Shown one piece after another: positions 27,595 through 37,202 of a stretch of 64,000 bases of DNA. Each line of letters begins with the position of its first letter. Position 1 is the first letter of the stretch. Source of the stretch: Actinomycetota bacterium (GTDB lineage Bacteria; Actinomycetota; Actinomycetes; S36-B12); assembly GCA_947449035.1 (NCBI GenBank), contig CANFQC010000005.1:6765-70764 (forward strand), written 5' to 3'. The notes under the pieces are model-generated. The model saw only the letters and a program-made list of their open reading frames with translations. It made no database searches and was not told the origin of the DNA. Both the position numbers and the translations under genes were made by a program.

Positions 27595-28566
27595 ATGTTC
27601 GCTGTCTACGCCGCTGCTGTCGACCCTGCCGACCCGTTGTCCTGCCTCGGGGTAGGAGAGCTTCCCCGGCCCAGTACTCCTGACGAGTGGGTGACCGTGC
27701 GCGTGAGAGCCGCGAGCCTGAACCATCACGACCTCTGGGCGCTCAAGGGTGTCGCGCTGAAGGCTGAGCAGGTGCCGATGATCTTGGGCACCGATGCCGC
27801 AGGTGTCACCGACGATGGCCGCGAGGTGATCATCCATGCGGTGCTTGGTGATCCGGCTGCTGGCCGTGGGGATGAGACCCTCGACCCGAAGCGATCCCTG
27901 TTTAGTGAGATCTATCCGGGCACGATCGCCGAATTCGTACGCGTACCGGCAGGCAATCTTCTCGACAAGCCCGCTGAGCTCAGTTGGGAGGAAGCTGCCT
28001 GCCTCCCTACCGCGTGGCTCACGGCGTACCGCATGCTCGCGACGAAGTCGGGGCTTCAGAAGGGCGACACGGTTCTGGTGCAGGGGGCAGCCGGCGGAGT
28101 CGCAACCGCATTGATCATGCTGGGCAAGGCCCTAGGTTTCACTGTCTGGGCAACGTCGCGTGATGAGGCCAAGCGCGAATGGGCGCTGTCGATCGGCGCG
28201 GACCAAGCTTTCGAGACCGGCGCTCGACTCCCGTATCCCGTTGACGCAGTGATGGAGACCGTTGGCGAGGCCACGTGGGATCACTCGATGAAATCGCTGC
28301 GCCCCGGTGGTCGCATCGTGATTTCTGGTGCCACCTCGGGAGCCATGCCGCCAGCGCAGTTGCGACGTCTCTTCTTCCTTCAGCTCGAGGTGGTTGGCTC
28401 CACCATGGGGACGATCGGTGAATTCCGTGATCTCGTCGACCTGCTGATGCGCACCGGCGTGCGGCCTGTCATTGACCGCGTGCTGCCTATGCAGCAAGCG
28501 GCCGAAGCATTTTCGATCATGAACGAAGGTTCAGTGCACGGGAAGCTCGTGCTCACCCTCGGCTAA
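27595..28566 (+). CDS. Zinc-type alcohol dehydrogenase / quinone oxidoreductase (MDR superfamily)
   Basis: GTDAAGV and the Rossmann motif VQGAAGGVATALIMLGKALG. C-terminal GKLVL. Confidence 0.8.
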   Translation: MFAVYAAAVDPADPLSCLGVGELPRPSTPDEWVTVRVRAASLNHHDLWALKGVALKAEQVPMILGTDAAGVTDDGREVIIHAVLGDPAAGRGDETLDPKRSLFSEIYPGTIAEFVRVPAGNLLDKPAELSWEEAACLPTAWLTAYRMLATKSGLQKGDTVLVQGAAGGVATALIMLGKALGFTVWATSRDEAKREWALSIGADQAFETGARLPYPVDAVMETVGEATWDHSMKSLRPGGRIVISGATSGAMPPAQLRRLFFLQLEVVGSTMGTIGEFRDLVDLLMRTGVRPVIDRVLPMQQAAEAFSIMNEGSVHGKLVLTLG

Positions 28567-28578
28567 CGAGGCGGGCGA

Positions 28579-28758
28579 TCAATCCTCGTCATCATCATCG
28601 AGGCGGGCGATCCAGCTGGCCAGGCGCTCGATTGGGGTCTCGAACTCCGGATTCAGGTCGACGAACTCACGAAGGCGCTCGGCCAGCCAGTCGAGGCTGA
28701 CGTCTTCCTCGCCTCGGCGCTTCTGGAGCTCCTCGATGCCACGGTCGGTGAAGTACAT
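28579..28758 (-). CDS. Small acidic conserved hypothetical protein (59 aa)
   Basis: MYFTDRGIEELQKRRGEEDVSLDWLAERLREFV...DDDDED. The start lies 2 nt after the kgd stop. The longer ORF in the track overlaps kgd and was trimmed. Confidence 0.5.
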   Translation of the reverse strand: MYFTDRGIEELQKRRGEEDVSLDWLAERLREFVDLNPEFETPIERLASWIARLDDDDED

Positions 28759-28760
28759 GG

Positions 28761-31700
28761 CTACGCAAACGCCGCTTCGACGATGGCCTTCTGCTCGGCA
28801 TCGTGACGATGGTGAGCCCCGACGGCGGGGGAGGAAGACGCCGCGCGTGCAACTGCGGTGACGGGACGCTCGATGAGCTGGGGCAGGTGCATGGCAATGA
28901 AGCTCCAGGCGCCCTGGTTCATCGGTTCTTCCTGCACCCACATGACCTCGGCATCGGGGTAGCCCGCGATGGTCGGGGGGAGTGAGCGAGCCGGCAGCGG
29001 ATACAGGCGCTCGATGCGCACGATCGCAACGTCGGTGATGTTGTTCGCCTCGCGATGTGCGAGAAGGTCGTAGTAGACCTTGCCTGCGCAGAGGAGCACC
29101 TTGCGCATGCCGCCGCTGGGGTACTGCGTGTCGGGCAGCATCGGGTGGAAGTAGCCGGTGGTGAAGTCAGCCTTCTGCGACACCGCGTGCTTGGCGCGCA
29201 GCAGCGACTTCGGGGTGAACACCACAAGCGGACGCTGCACGTGCGCATTGGCCTGCAGGCGGAGCAGGTGGAAGTACGAGGCCGGATTCGATGGCATCGC
29301 AACGATCATGTTGTCCTGCGCACAAAGCTGCAGGAAGCGCTCGACGCGCGCCGACGAGTGATCGGGGCCTTGACCTTCGAAACCATGCGGAAGCAGGAGG
29401 GTCAGGCCCGACTTCTGGCCCCACTTCTGTTCGCCGGAGGAAATGAACTCGTCGATGATTGTCTGCGCGCCATCGGCGAAGTCACCGAACTGTGCCTCCC
29501 AGAGCACGAGTGCGTCAGGGCGAGCCACGGAGTAGCCGTATTCGAAGCCCATCGCCGCGAACTCGCTCAGCAGCGAGTCGTAGACATAGAGCTTCGCGCC
29601 ATCGCGGTAGCACTGCTTGAGCGGCTTGTACTGCCAGCCGGTCTCCTTGTCGACGATGACCACGTGGCGATGACCGAAGGTGCCACGACGAACATCTTGG
29701 CCGGCAAGGCGAATCGTGCGGCCTTCCATCAACAGTGATCCGAAGGCAAGCGCCTCGGCCATGCCCCAGTCAATAGTGTTGTCAGCCACCATCTGGGCTC
29801 GCTTGTGCAGCTGTGGCGCAAGGCGAGGATGAATGGTGAAGTCGGCAGGCATTTCGATCTGCGAGGTGATCACTGTTTCGATCTGCTCGTGCGTGATAGC
29901 AGTCTCGATCTCGGCAGCGAGACCCTGCGGGGCGAGCGTGTGCTGACCGGAGCTGATGATGTCTGCCGAGGAGATGCTGAACTCCTCGTGATCATCTTCT
30001 GACTTGGTCTCCTGGAAGATGCGCTCGAGCTGCTCCTGGAAGTGCTTCAAGGCCACCTCGGCCTCGTCCAGTGAGATATCGCCGCGGCCGATGAGCGCCT
30101 CGGTGTAGCTCTTTCGTACCGATCGCTTCTGGTCGATGATCGCGTACATCAGCGGCTGGGTCAGTGAGGGATCATCGGCCTCGTTGTGGCCGCGCTTGCG
30201 GTAGCACACCAGGTCAATGACGACATCCTTGTGGAATTCCTGGCGATACGCGAAGGCCAATTCGGCCACACGCACGACTGCCTCGGGGTCGTCACCGTTG
30301 ACGTGGAAGATCGGCGCCTGGATCATGCGCGCGACATCAGTGGAGTAGTACGAAGAACGGCTGTACTTGGGCGAGGTCGTGAAGCCAACCTGGTTGTTCA
30401 CGACGACATGGATGGTGCCGCCGGTGCGGTAGCCCTGAATCTGCGACATCTGCAAGGTCTCGGCAACGACACCTTGGCCGGCGAAGGCGGCATCGCCGTG
30501 CATGAGCACCGGAAGGATGTCGAAGACTCGCTCGCGGGGGAGTTGATCCTGCTTGGCGCGAACGATGCCTTCAAGCACCGGATTCACTGCCTCGAGATGC
30601 GAGGGATTCGCGGCGAGGTACACGGCAGTCTGCGCACCATCGTCAGCGACGAATGTGCCCTCAGTGCCTAGGTGGTACTTCACATCGCCGGAGCCCTGTA
30701 CGGACTCTTCGCCATAGTGACCCTCGAATTCACGGAAGATCTGCGCATAGGACTTGCCGGCGATATTCGCGAGCACATTCAGGCGGCCGCGGTGCGGCAT
30801 TCCGATCGCCACTTCGAGGATCTCGTTGTGCGAGGCCTCGATCAAGAGCGCGTCGAGCAGCGGAATCAATGACTCGCCGCCCTCAAGGGAGAAGCGCTTC
30901 TGGCCGACGTACTTGGTCTGCAGGAAGGACTCCAGTGCCTCGCCCTCATTGAGCTTGTGCAGAATGCGCAGCTGCTCAGTCACATCGGGCTTGGCGTGCG
31001 GCTGCTCGACCTGCTTCTGAATCCAGGCGCGCTGCTTGGGATCCTCGATGTGCATGTACTCAATGCCGACGGTGCGGGTGTACGAATCACGGAGCACGCC
31101 GAGAATCTCGCGAAGTTTCATGAGTGGCTTGCCGCCAAAACCGCCCGTGGCGAATTCGCGATCAAGATCCCACAGGGTCAACTTGTGGGTAAGTACGTCG
31201 AGATCGGGATGGGTGCGCTGGCGGTACTCGAGTGGATCGGTGTCGGCCATCAGGTGACCGCGTACCCGATAGGCATCGATGATCTCCTGCACGCGCACCG
31301 TCTTGTCGAGATCGGTTTCGTGGCTTGCCGAGATGTCCTGGGCCCAGCGGATGGGCTCGTAAGGTACCCGCAGGGCTCGGTAGATATCTCCGTAGAAGTC
31401 GTCGCCGCCGAGCAGCAGTTCGTGAATCCGCTTGAGGAATTCGCCTGACTGCGCGCCCTGGATGATCCGGTGGTCGTAGGTCGAGGTGAGGGTCATGATC
31501 TTCGAGACGGCATTTCGTGCGATCGACTCGGGTGAAGCGCCCTGCCACTCGGCGGGGTACTCCATCGCGCCAACGCCGATGATGCAGCCCTGGCCGGGCA
31601 TCAAGCGGGGCACCGAGTGCACGGTGCCGATGCCACCGGGATTCGTGAGCGAGATCGTGGTGCCGGCGAAGTCGTCGGCGGTCAGTGCGCCGGCGCGTGC

Positions 31701-32411
31701 CTTGCGCACTACCTCTTCATAGGCTGCCCAGAACTGGGCGAAGTCCATTGCTTGCGCGCCCTTGATCGCCGGTACGAGTAGCTGACGAGAGCCATCGGGC
31801 TTGGCAATGTCGATCGCGAGGCCGAGGTTGACGTCGGCATGTTCGACCATCACGGGCTTGCCGTCGATCTCGGCAAAGGAGCGGTTCATCGCGGGGATCT
31901 CGGCGGTGGCGCGCACGATTGCGTAACCGATGAGATGAGTGAACGAGACCTTGCCGCCGCGGCCGCGGGCGAGGTGGTTGTTGATCACGGTGCGCGTATC
32001 GATCATCAACTTGGCCGGGATCGACCGAACGCTGGTCGCCGTAGGGACAGTCAGGCTGGCTTCCATGTTCGCGACCACGCGGGCAGCTGCGCCCTTGAGC
32101 GGCACATTGATGTCATCGGCCTTCGTTGCAATAGCGGGCTTGGCCGATGCGGCCGGCGCAGGTGCGGATTCTGCCGTGGGCGCTGTGGCGGTTGGAGCCG
32201 CAGCCGAAGCCTGCGTCGGTACGGGCTGGGCGGCCACAGTCTGTGCTGCCTTGGTGGCGTGCGGTGACTGCTCTGCGGGGGTGTAGCCCTCGAAGAACTC
32301 CCACCACGCAGGGTCGACACTGTTCTTATCGGTCAGGAACTGCTGGTAGATCTCGTCTACTAGCCATTCATTGGGTCCGAATCCGGCGGCTGCTGCAGGC
32401 TCATTCGACAC
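28761..32411 (-). CDS. kgd: Multifunctional 2-oxoglutarate decarboxylase/dehydrogenase E1 with a fused E2-like succinyltransferase segment (Kgd/OdhA type)
   Basis: 1216 aa. N-terminus GPNEWLVDEIYQQFL, Ala/Pro linker, acyltransferase core with TSTYDHRIIQGAQSGEF, then a ThDP-dependent E1o domain. Confidence 0.95.
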   Translation of the reverse strand: MSNEPAAAAGFGPNEWLVDEIYQQFLTDKNSVDPAWWEFFEGYTPAEQSPHATKAAQTVAAQPVPTQASAAAPTATAPTAESAPAPAASAKPAIATKADDINVPLKGAAARVVANMEASLTVPTATSVRSIPAKLMIDTRTVINNHLARGRGGKVSFTHLIGYAIVRATAEIPAMNRSFAEIDGKPVMVEHADVNLGLAIDIAKPDGSRQLLVPAIKGAQAMDFAQFWAAYEEVVRKARAGALTADDFAGTTISLTNPGGIGTVHSVPRLMPGQGCIIGVGAMEYPAEWQGASPESIARNAVSKIMTLTSTYDHRIIQGAQSGEFLKRIHELLLGGDDFYGDIYRALRVPYEPIRWAQDISASHETDLDKTVRVQEIIDAYRVRGHLMADTDPLEYRQRTHPDLDVLTHKLTLWDLDREFATGGFGGKPLMKLREILGVLRDSYTRTVGIEYMHIEDPKQRAWIQKQVEQPHAKPDVTEQLRILHKLNEGEALESFLQTKYVGQKRFSLEGGESLIPLLDALLIEASHNEILEVAIGMPHRGRLNVLANIAGKSYAQIFREFEGHYGEESVQGSGDVKYHLGTEGTFVADDGAQTAVYLAANPSHLEAVNPVLEGIVRAKQDQLPRERVFDILPVLMHGDAAFAGQGVVAETLQMSQIQGYRTGGTIHVVVNNQVGFTTSPKYSRSSYYSTDVARMIQAPIFHVNGDDPEAVVRVAELAFAYRQEFHKDVVIDLVCYRKRGHNEADDPSLTQPLMYAIIDQKRSVRKSYTEALIGRGDISLDEAEVALKHFQEQLERIFQETKSEDDHEEFSISSADIISSGQHTLAPQGLAAEIETAITHEQIETVITSQIEMPADFTIHPRLAPQLHKRAQMVADNTIDWGMAEALAFGSLLMEGRTIRLAGQDVRRGTFGHRHVVIVDKETGWQYKPLKQCYRDGAKLYVYDSLLSEFAAMGFEYGYSVARPDALVLWEAQFGDFADGAQTIIDEFISSGEQKWGQKSGLTLLLPHGFEGQGPDHSSARVERFLQLCAQDNMIVAMPSNPASYFHLLRLQANAHVQRPLVVFTPKSLLRAKHAVSQKADFTTGYFHPMLPDTQYPSGGMRKVLLCAGKVYYDLLAHREANNITDVAIVRIERLYPLPARSLPPTIAGYPDAEVMWVQEEPMNQGAWSFIAMHLPQLIERPVTAVARAASSSPAVGAHHRHDAEQKAIVEAAFA

Positions 32412-32513
32412 GTCCTAAGCCTACGGCAGTGCGATCGTCGTTCTGAGGTCGCCTTCGCAGCTGACAGCGGGGCATCAGGTTGCATCATCTCGTTTATCCG
32501 CAAGGCTGTCCGC

Positions 32514-33269
32514 ATGCCGAATTCTGATAGACAAGAGCCGCTCGCCGGACGTGTGGCGCTTATCACTGGCGGTTCGAGGGGTATCGGATTCGAGGCAGCT
32601 CGCAGCCTGGGTGCGCTCGGAGCAACCGTCGTCATCATCGGCGTCGACCCCCTGCGGGTTTCAGTCGCTGCCGAGACCCTGGTCTCTGAGGGAATCGACG
32701 CCGTGGGTGAATCTGCTGATGTCTCTGACGCCGGATCGATGGACTCCTTGGCCGCTCGCCTCGGGCCGCTCGCGGCACCGGACATCCTTGTGATCTCCGC
32801 GGGTGTCATGAGCGACAAGGTGTCGAAGACCCTACGCACGTCATCTGAGGAATGGGATCGGGTGATGGGTGTCAATCTCGACGGAGCTTTTCATGCGATG
32901 CGTGTTTTCGTTCCAGGCATGGCCGAGCGTCGCGACGGCCGGGTGATCACGGTCTCAGCATGCCTTGGACGCTTCAGTGGCCCGGGAACGTCAGGTGGGC
33001 TCGCTCCGTATCGAGTGAGCAAGGCAGCACTTAATGCGATGACCAAGAACCTCGCTGCCGAATTGATGAATGGCAAGCGTGGAGTGCTCGTTGACGCCAT
33101 GTGCCCCAATCACTGCCGCACAGACATGGGGGGTCCGGAAGCGCCACGATCGGCAGCAGAAGGTGCCGAGACGATCGTGTGGCTCGCCACTCGTGATGCA
33201 GTCTCGGTCGACGGAGCACCAGTTCCGACCGGCTTGCTGTGGGAGGACCGACAGGTTGTTCCCTGGTAG
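32514..33269 (+). CDS. Short-chain dehydrogenase/reductase (SDR)
   Basis: TGGSRGIG cofactor motif and YRVSKAAL catalytic YxxxK. Confidence 0.85.
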   Translation: MPNSDRQEPLAGRVALITGGSRGIGFEAARSLGALGATVVIIGVDPLRVSVAAETLVSEGIDAVGESADVSDAGSMDSLAARLGPLAAPDILVISAGVMSDKVSKTLRTSSEEWDRVMGVNLDGAFHAMRVFVPGMAERRDGRVITVSACLGRFSGPGTSGGLAPYRVSKAALNAMTKNLAAELMNGKRGVLVDAMCPNHCRTDMGGPEAPRSAAEGAETIVWLATRDAVSVDGAPVPTGLLWEDRQVVPW

Positions 33270-33275
33270 CCGCGG

Positions 33276-34046
33276 CTAGGTGATGTCGCGCTTGAGAGTC
33301 GTGATCGAGGCGATTGCGCCGAGCACGATCGCATAGCCGATGAGCAGCAGGCCACCGGCCCAGGCCGAAAGCAGGCCACTAGTGGCCTCCCCCTGGCGAT
33401 AGGTCAAGTTCATGACCGCATCGAGCGCGCCGCCAGGCAGCCAAGCGGTGGTCCAGTCAACGAAAGCGCTCAGCAAAGGCTGAATCAAGAAGACGAAGAC
33501 TAAGGCGATGATGAGTGCAGCAACCTGATTGCGAATGAGTGAGCCCACGGCAACCCCGAGAATCGCGTAGATCGCGAAGCCGAGAATCACGCCGCTCAGT
33601 GTCTGCAGCGATTCCGACGGAACGATCGCCGCATGCTCCTTGCCGGAAAGAGTGATTGTGGCGAGGCTGAGCGAGACCACGAAGTTGATGATGCCGAACA
33701 CCGCACCAATGACCGCATACGCAACGGCCTTGGCGACCATGACCGGAGCCCGCCGAGGTGAGGCAAGGAAGGTTGCCGTGATGGTCATGTGCCGGTACTC
33801 GCCGGTCATGCCAATGATTCCGATGATCAGCACGAACACCGAAGCGTTGGCGCAGGAGGCCACGATGCTGTTCACGTATGCAGGCACCTGGAGCAACTGT
33901 CCACTGTTGACGAGTCGAGCGCTGGTGGGTACCAGATACACCATCAGCACCACATTCAGCGCTGTGAAGGCGATAGAGAAGGCCAGGAGCCACAACGCGA
34001 GCTTGGTCGTGAGAATCTTGCGAAACTCTGCTCTCAGCGCGTTCAT
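33276..34046 (-). CDS. ABC-2 type exporter permease
   Basis: Six TM helices. Overlaps the stop of the upstream ATPase gene. Confidence 0.7.
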   Translation of the reverse strand: MNALRAEFRKILTTKLALWLLAFSIAFTALNVVLMVYLVPTSARLVNSGQLLQVPAYVNSIVASCANASVFVLIIGIIGMTGEYRHMTITATFLASPRRAPVMVAKAVAYAVIGAVFGIINFVVSLSLATITLSGKEHAAIVPSESLQTLSGVILGFAIYAILGVAVGSLIRNQVAALIIALVFVFLIQPLLSAFVDWTTAWLPGGALDAVMNLTYRQGEATSGLLSAWAGGLLLIGYAIVLGAIASITTLKRDIT

Positions 34047-34963
34047 GCCGCACCTCCTTCGCTCGAGGTGAGCTCAAGGAAGACGGCCTCCAGGTCGTGC
34101 TCCTGCGAGTGAAGCTGGTGCAGTTCGATGTGCTGTGCATTGGCCAGTGCACCGATCTCGGGGGCATTCATGCCGGTGACGATGAGTGCGCCAGTCGGAT
34201 CGACAGCTACCGACGCCGTTGCCGCCTCGAGTGCGTGGCGAAGTCGATCGAGTTCAGGGCTGCGCACGAGAACGCGAGCTGCCATGCCACTACTGAGATC
34301 CTCGAGTGCGCCGTAGTTCACGAGCTGGCCCTTGCGAATGATGACGACATCGTCGACGGTGAGCTGCACCTCGGAGAGCACGTGGCTCGAGACCAGGACG
34401 GTGCGACCTTCGGCCGCAAGTGAGCGAAGGAAGTTGCGGAGCCAGGCGATGCCTTCGGGGTCCAATCCGTTGGCAGGCTCGTCGAGGATGAGTACCGAGG
34501 GTTCGCCGAGCAGTGCGGTGGCAAGTGAGAGCCGTTGGCGCATGCCCAGCGAGTAGCCACCGACCTTGCGGTGACCGTCGGCGGCTAGTCCGACGAGTTC
34601 GAGTACCTCGGTCACGCGTGAGCCGGAAATTCCGGCAGATGCAGCGACGACGCTGAGGTGACCACGTGCAGTACGGCCGGGATGGAAGCCACTGGCCTCG
34701 AGCGCCGCACCGACAACATGCAACGGAGCGTGCAGTTCGCGATAGGGATGACCACCGACCAGGGTCTCGCCAGAGGTCGGGCTCACCAGGCCAAGGAGGC
34801 AGCGAAGGGTGGTGGTCTTGCCTGAGCCGTTCGGGCCGAGGAAGCCGGTGACCCGGCCCGGCTCAACGCGGAAGGAGAGATCGGAGACGGCACGCACGCC
34901 GTCACCGCGCCCGAACACCTTGGTCAGCGACCTAACCTCGAGCGCTACTGAATTCCCCGACAT
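34043..34963 (-). CDS. ABC exporter ATP-binding protein (DrrA/CcmA-like)
   Basis: Walker A GPNGSGKTT, signature YSLGMRQRL, Walker B LILDEPANGLD. Confidence 0.88.
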   Translation of the reverse strand: MSGNSVALEVRSLTKVFGRGDGVRAVSDLSFRVEPGRVTGFLGPNGSGKTTTLRCLLGLVSPTSGETLVGGHPYRELHAPLHVVGAALEASGFHPGRTARGHLSVVAASAGISGSRVTEVLELVGLAADGHRKVGGYSLGMRQRLSLATALLGEPSVLILDEPANGLDPEGIAWLRNFLRSLAAEGRTVLVSSHVLSEVQLTVDDVVIIRKGQLVNYGALEDLSSGMAARVLVRSPELDRLRHALEAATASVAVDPTGALIVTGMNAPEIGALANAQHIELHQLHSQEHDLEAVFLELTSSEGGAA

Positions 34964-34993
34964 AAGGGGAGAATACCCCGCTACATTCGCGCC

Positions 34994-36451
34994 ATGGTGA
35001 CAACACTGATTCCCGGAATTGACCAGTCAACGGTGACCCCTGTTCTCATTACAGGCTCCTGGAGCACCGGCTCCGGCTCCTCACTTGAGGTCCGATCTCC
35101 CTTCGATGGCGCACTCTTGGGCAAGGTGCCTGCGCTGAGCCCGGCCGAGGTTGATGCCGCCGTTGATTACGCACATCGCACCCTCGAGACGTCGCCGCTC
35201 CCGCAATGGCAGCGCGCCGAGATCCTCGATCGTGCGGCCGTGCTGCTCGCCTCGCGTCGCGAGGAGTTCGGCATCGCGATCGCCCGCGAGTCAGCCAAGC
35301 CCATCAAGACCGCGCGCGTTGAAGTTGATCGCGCCGTGAGCACCCTGCAGTTCTCTGCGGCTGTCGCACGCACGCTCGCCGGTGAGGTTGTTCCGTTGGA
35401 GGCATCTCCCGTAGGGGTCGGCAAGATCGGTTTCATCATGCGCGTACCCATCGGGGTGGTCGGCGCAATCGCACCGTTCAACTTCCCGCTCAATCTCGTC
35501 GTGCACAAGGTTGGCCCCGCAATTGCCGCAGGCTGCCCGGTAGTGCTCAAGCCCGCCTCACAGACTCCTTTCTCGTCCATCCTGCTTGCTCGTCTGCTCG
35601 AGGAAGCCGGGCTGCCTGACGGATACCTGCAGGTTGTTACCGGCGGCGGTGGAACCGTCGGAAACGCACTGGTGGATAACCCGAAGATCGCCCTGATCAC
35701 CTTCACGGGTTCCCCTGATGTGGGCTGGGGAATTCGCGCACGGGCACCTCGCAAGCGCGTGGGCCTGGAGCTCGGCAACAACGCCCCTGTCGTCATCGAG
35801 ACAGACGGGGATTGGAAGACCGCCGCGGCGAAGATCAAGATCGCGGGCTTCTCGCATGCGGGTCAGTCCTGCATCTCTACCCAGCGCATTCTGGTGCACC
35901 GATCGATCGCTGATGCATTCGTCGAGGAGCTCGTCGCGGGAGTTCGCACGCTCGTCGTCGGCGACCCGATGGATGATGCCACCGATGTCTCTGCGCTCAT
36001 TTCGCAATCAGAGCGCGATCGCGTTGCGGGATGGATTGCGGATGCAGTGGCTGAAGGCGGGTCTGTCGCATGCGGTGGCGAGATCGATGCGAGTGGCGTC
36101 CTGATGCCAACCGTGATCGTGAGCGCGAATCCGAAGATGAGCGTGTGTGCGAAGGAAGTGTTCGGCCCGGTCGTTGCAGTTCAGGTCTATGACGATTTCG
36201 ACGATGCCCTGCGCATCGCCAATGACACCGACTTCGGCCTGCAGGCTGCCGTGTTCACCGCCGACATCTCCAAGGGTCTTAAGGCCGCACGCACCCTCGA
36301 CTTCGGCGGCGTACTCATCAACGAGGTGCCCACCTGGCGCGCCGATCAGATGCCGTACGGCGGTCTACGCGACTCGGGAAACACCAAGGAAGGCCCGGCG
36401 TGGTCAGTGCGAGAGATGACCGAAGAGAGACTGGTCATACTTCACGGCTAG
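34994..36451 (+). CDS. NAD(P)-dependent aldehyde dehydrogenase
   Basis: Catalytic Glu (LELGNNAP) and Cys (GQSCISTQR), FTGS, and EVFGPV. Confidence 0.85.
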   Translation: MVTTLIPGIDQSTVTPVLITGSWSTGSGSSLEVRSPFDGALLGKVPALSPAEVDAAVDYAHRTLETSPLPQWQRAEILDRAAVLLASRREEFGIAIARESAKPIKTARVEVDRAVSTLQFSAAVARTLAGEVVPLEASPVGVGKIGFIMRVPIGVVGAIAPFNFPLNLVVHKVGPAIAAGCPVVLKPASQTPFSSILLARLLEEAGLPDGYLQVVTGGGGTVGNALVDNPKIALITFTGSPDVGWGIRARAPRKRVGLELGNNAPVVIETDGDWKTAAAKIKIAGFSHAGQSCISTQRILVHRSIADAFVEELVAGVRTLVVGDPMDDATDVSALISQSERDRVAGWIADAVAEGGSVACGGEIDASGVLMPTVIVSANPKMSVCAKEVFGPVVAVQVYDDFDDALRIANDTDFGLQAAVFTADISKGLKAARTLDFGGVLINEVPTWRADQMPYGGLRDSGNTKEGPAWSVREMTEERLVILHG

Positions 36452-37065
36452 TCGTTCATGCCGATCAGTTGCTCAATCTTCGACAGGAGTTGGGGCACAC
36501 GGTCGGCAGGGATCATCCCTTGAAGCGCGAGCGTGGCGAGCCCGTGCAGGGTGGCCACGAAGACATCCTCGGAGTCGTCGCGTACTGCGGCGTTCATACC
36601 TCCGGTGCTGACGAGATCGTTGAGAAGTGCGGAGAGAATCGGAACCGAGCCGTCGTCGGTAGTGGGAACACCCGGCTTGTCGAGGCAGTAAGGGCTAAAG
36701 GCCACCCGAAAGAGTTGCGGGTGTGAGAGTGCGAAGGACACATAGGCCTGGCCAGCGGCGCGAAAGCGCAGCCGTGCGGCCTCCTTGGTGCCGGCAGGGA
36801 TCGCCTCAACCTCTGCGCTCACTGCGACCACGAGTTGGCTGAGTCCTTGTACTGCGACTTCACCGAGTAGGGCGTCTTTGTCGGCGAAGTGGTGATACGC
36901 CGCGCTGGGGCTGACGCCTACTTCGGCAGCGACTGCCCGCAAGGACACGTGTTCGGCGCCGACTTCCTCGACCCGGGCCACCGCCGCGCTCACCAGCGCC
37001 GACCGGAGGTCACCGTGGTGGTAGCTGCGGCCGGCGTGCTCGGGGGCCTGGACGGAAGTGCTCAC
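36448..37065 (-). CDS. TetR-family transcriptional regulator
   Basis: N-terminal HTH (VSLRAVAAEVGVSPSAAYHHFADKDALL). Divergent from the decarboxylase gene. Confidence 0.85.
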   Translation of the reverse strand: MSTSVQAPEHAGRSYHHGDLRSALVSAAVARVEEVGAEHVSLRAVAAEVGVSPSAAYHHFADKDALLGEVAVQGLSQLVVAVSAEVEAIPAGTKEAARLRFRAAGQAYVSFALSHPQLFRVAFSPYCLDKPGVPTTDDGSVPILSALLNDLVSTGGMNAAVRDDSEDVFVATLHGLATLALQGMIPADRVPQLLSKIEQLIGMND

Positions 37066-37202
37066 CGCTCCAGTGTGCCATGAAACTTGATGATGTTCAG
37101 ATTGACGGTCCCATGGCTACACTCGGGGAAGTGCCTGCTGGCAGGAAGACTGACGGCGCACGAACCTGCGTGAAGCCCCGCAGGCTCATGAAAGGCCCGC
37201 GG

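Noticed and set aside
27583-27837. N-terminal 85-aa extension of the threonine aldolase ORF. Similar upstream extensions affect ahpE (51522-51656), the DUF3145 gene (39832-40014), the lipoprotein gene (55571-55849), ureAB (23094-23333) and aroA (7573-7701).
   Set aside because: The extensions overlap neighbouring genes or lack family similarity. Internal starts align with the conserved N-termini of the families and, in several cases, have an RBS.
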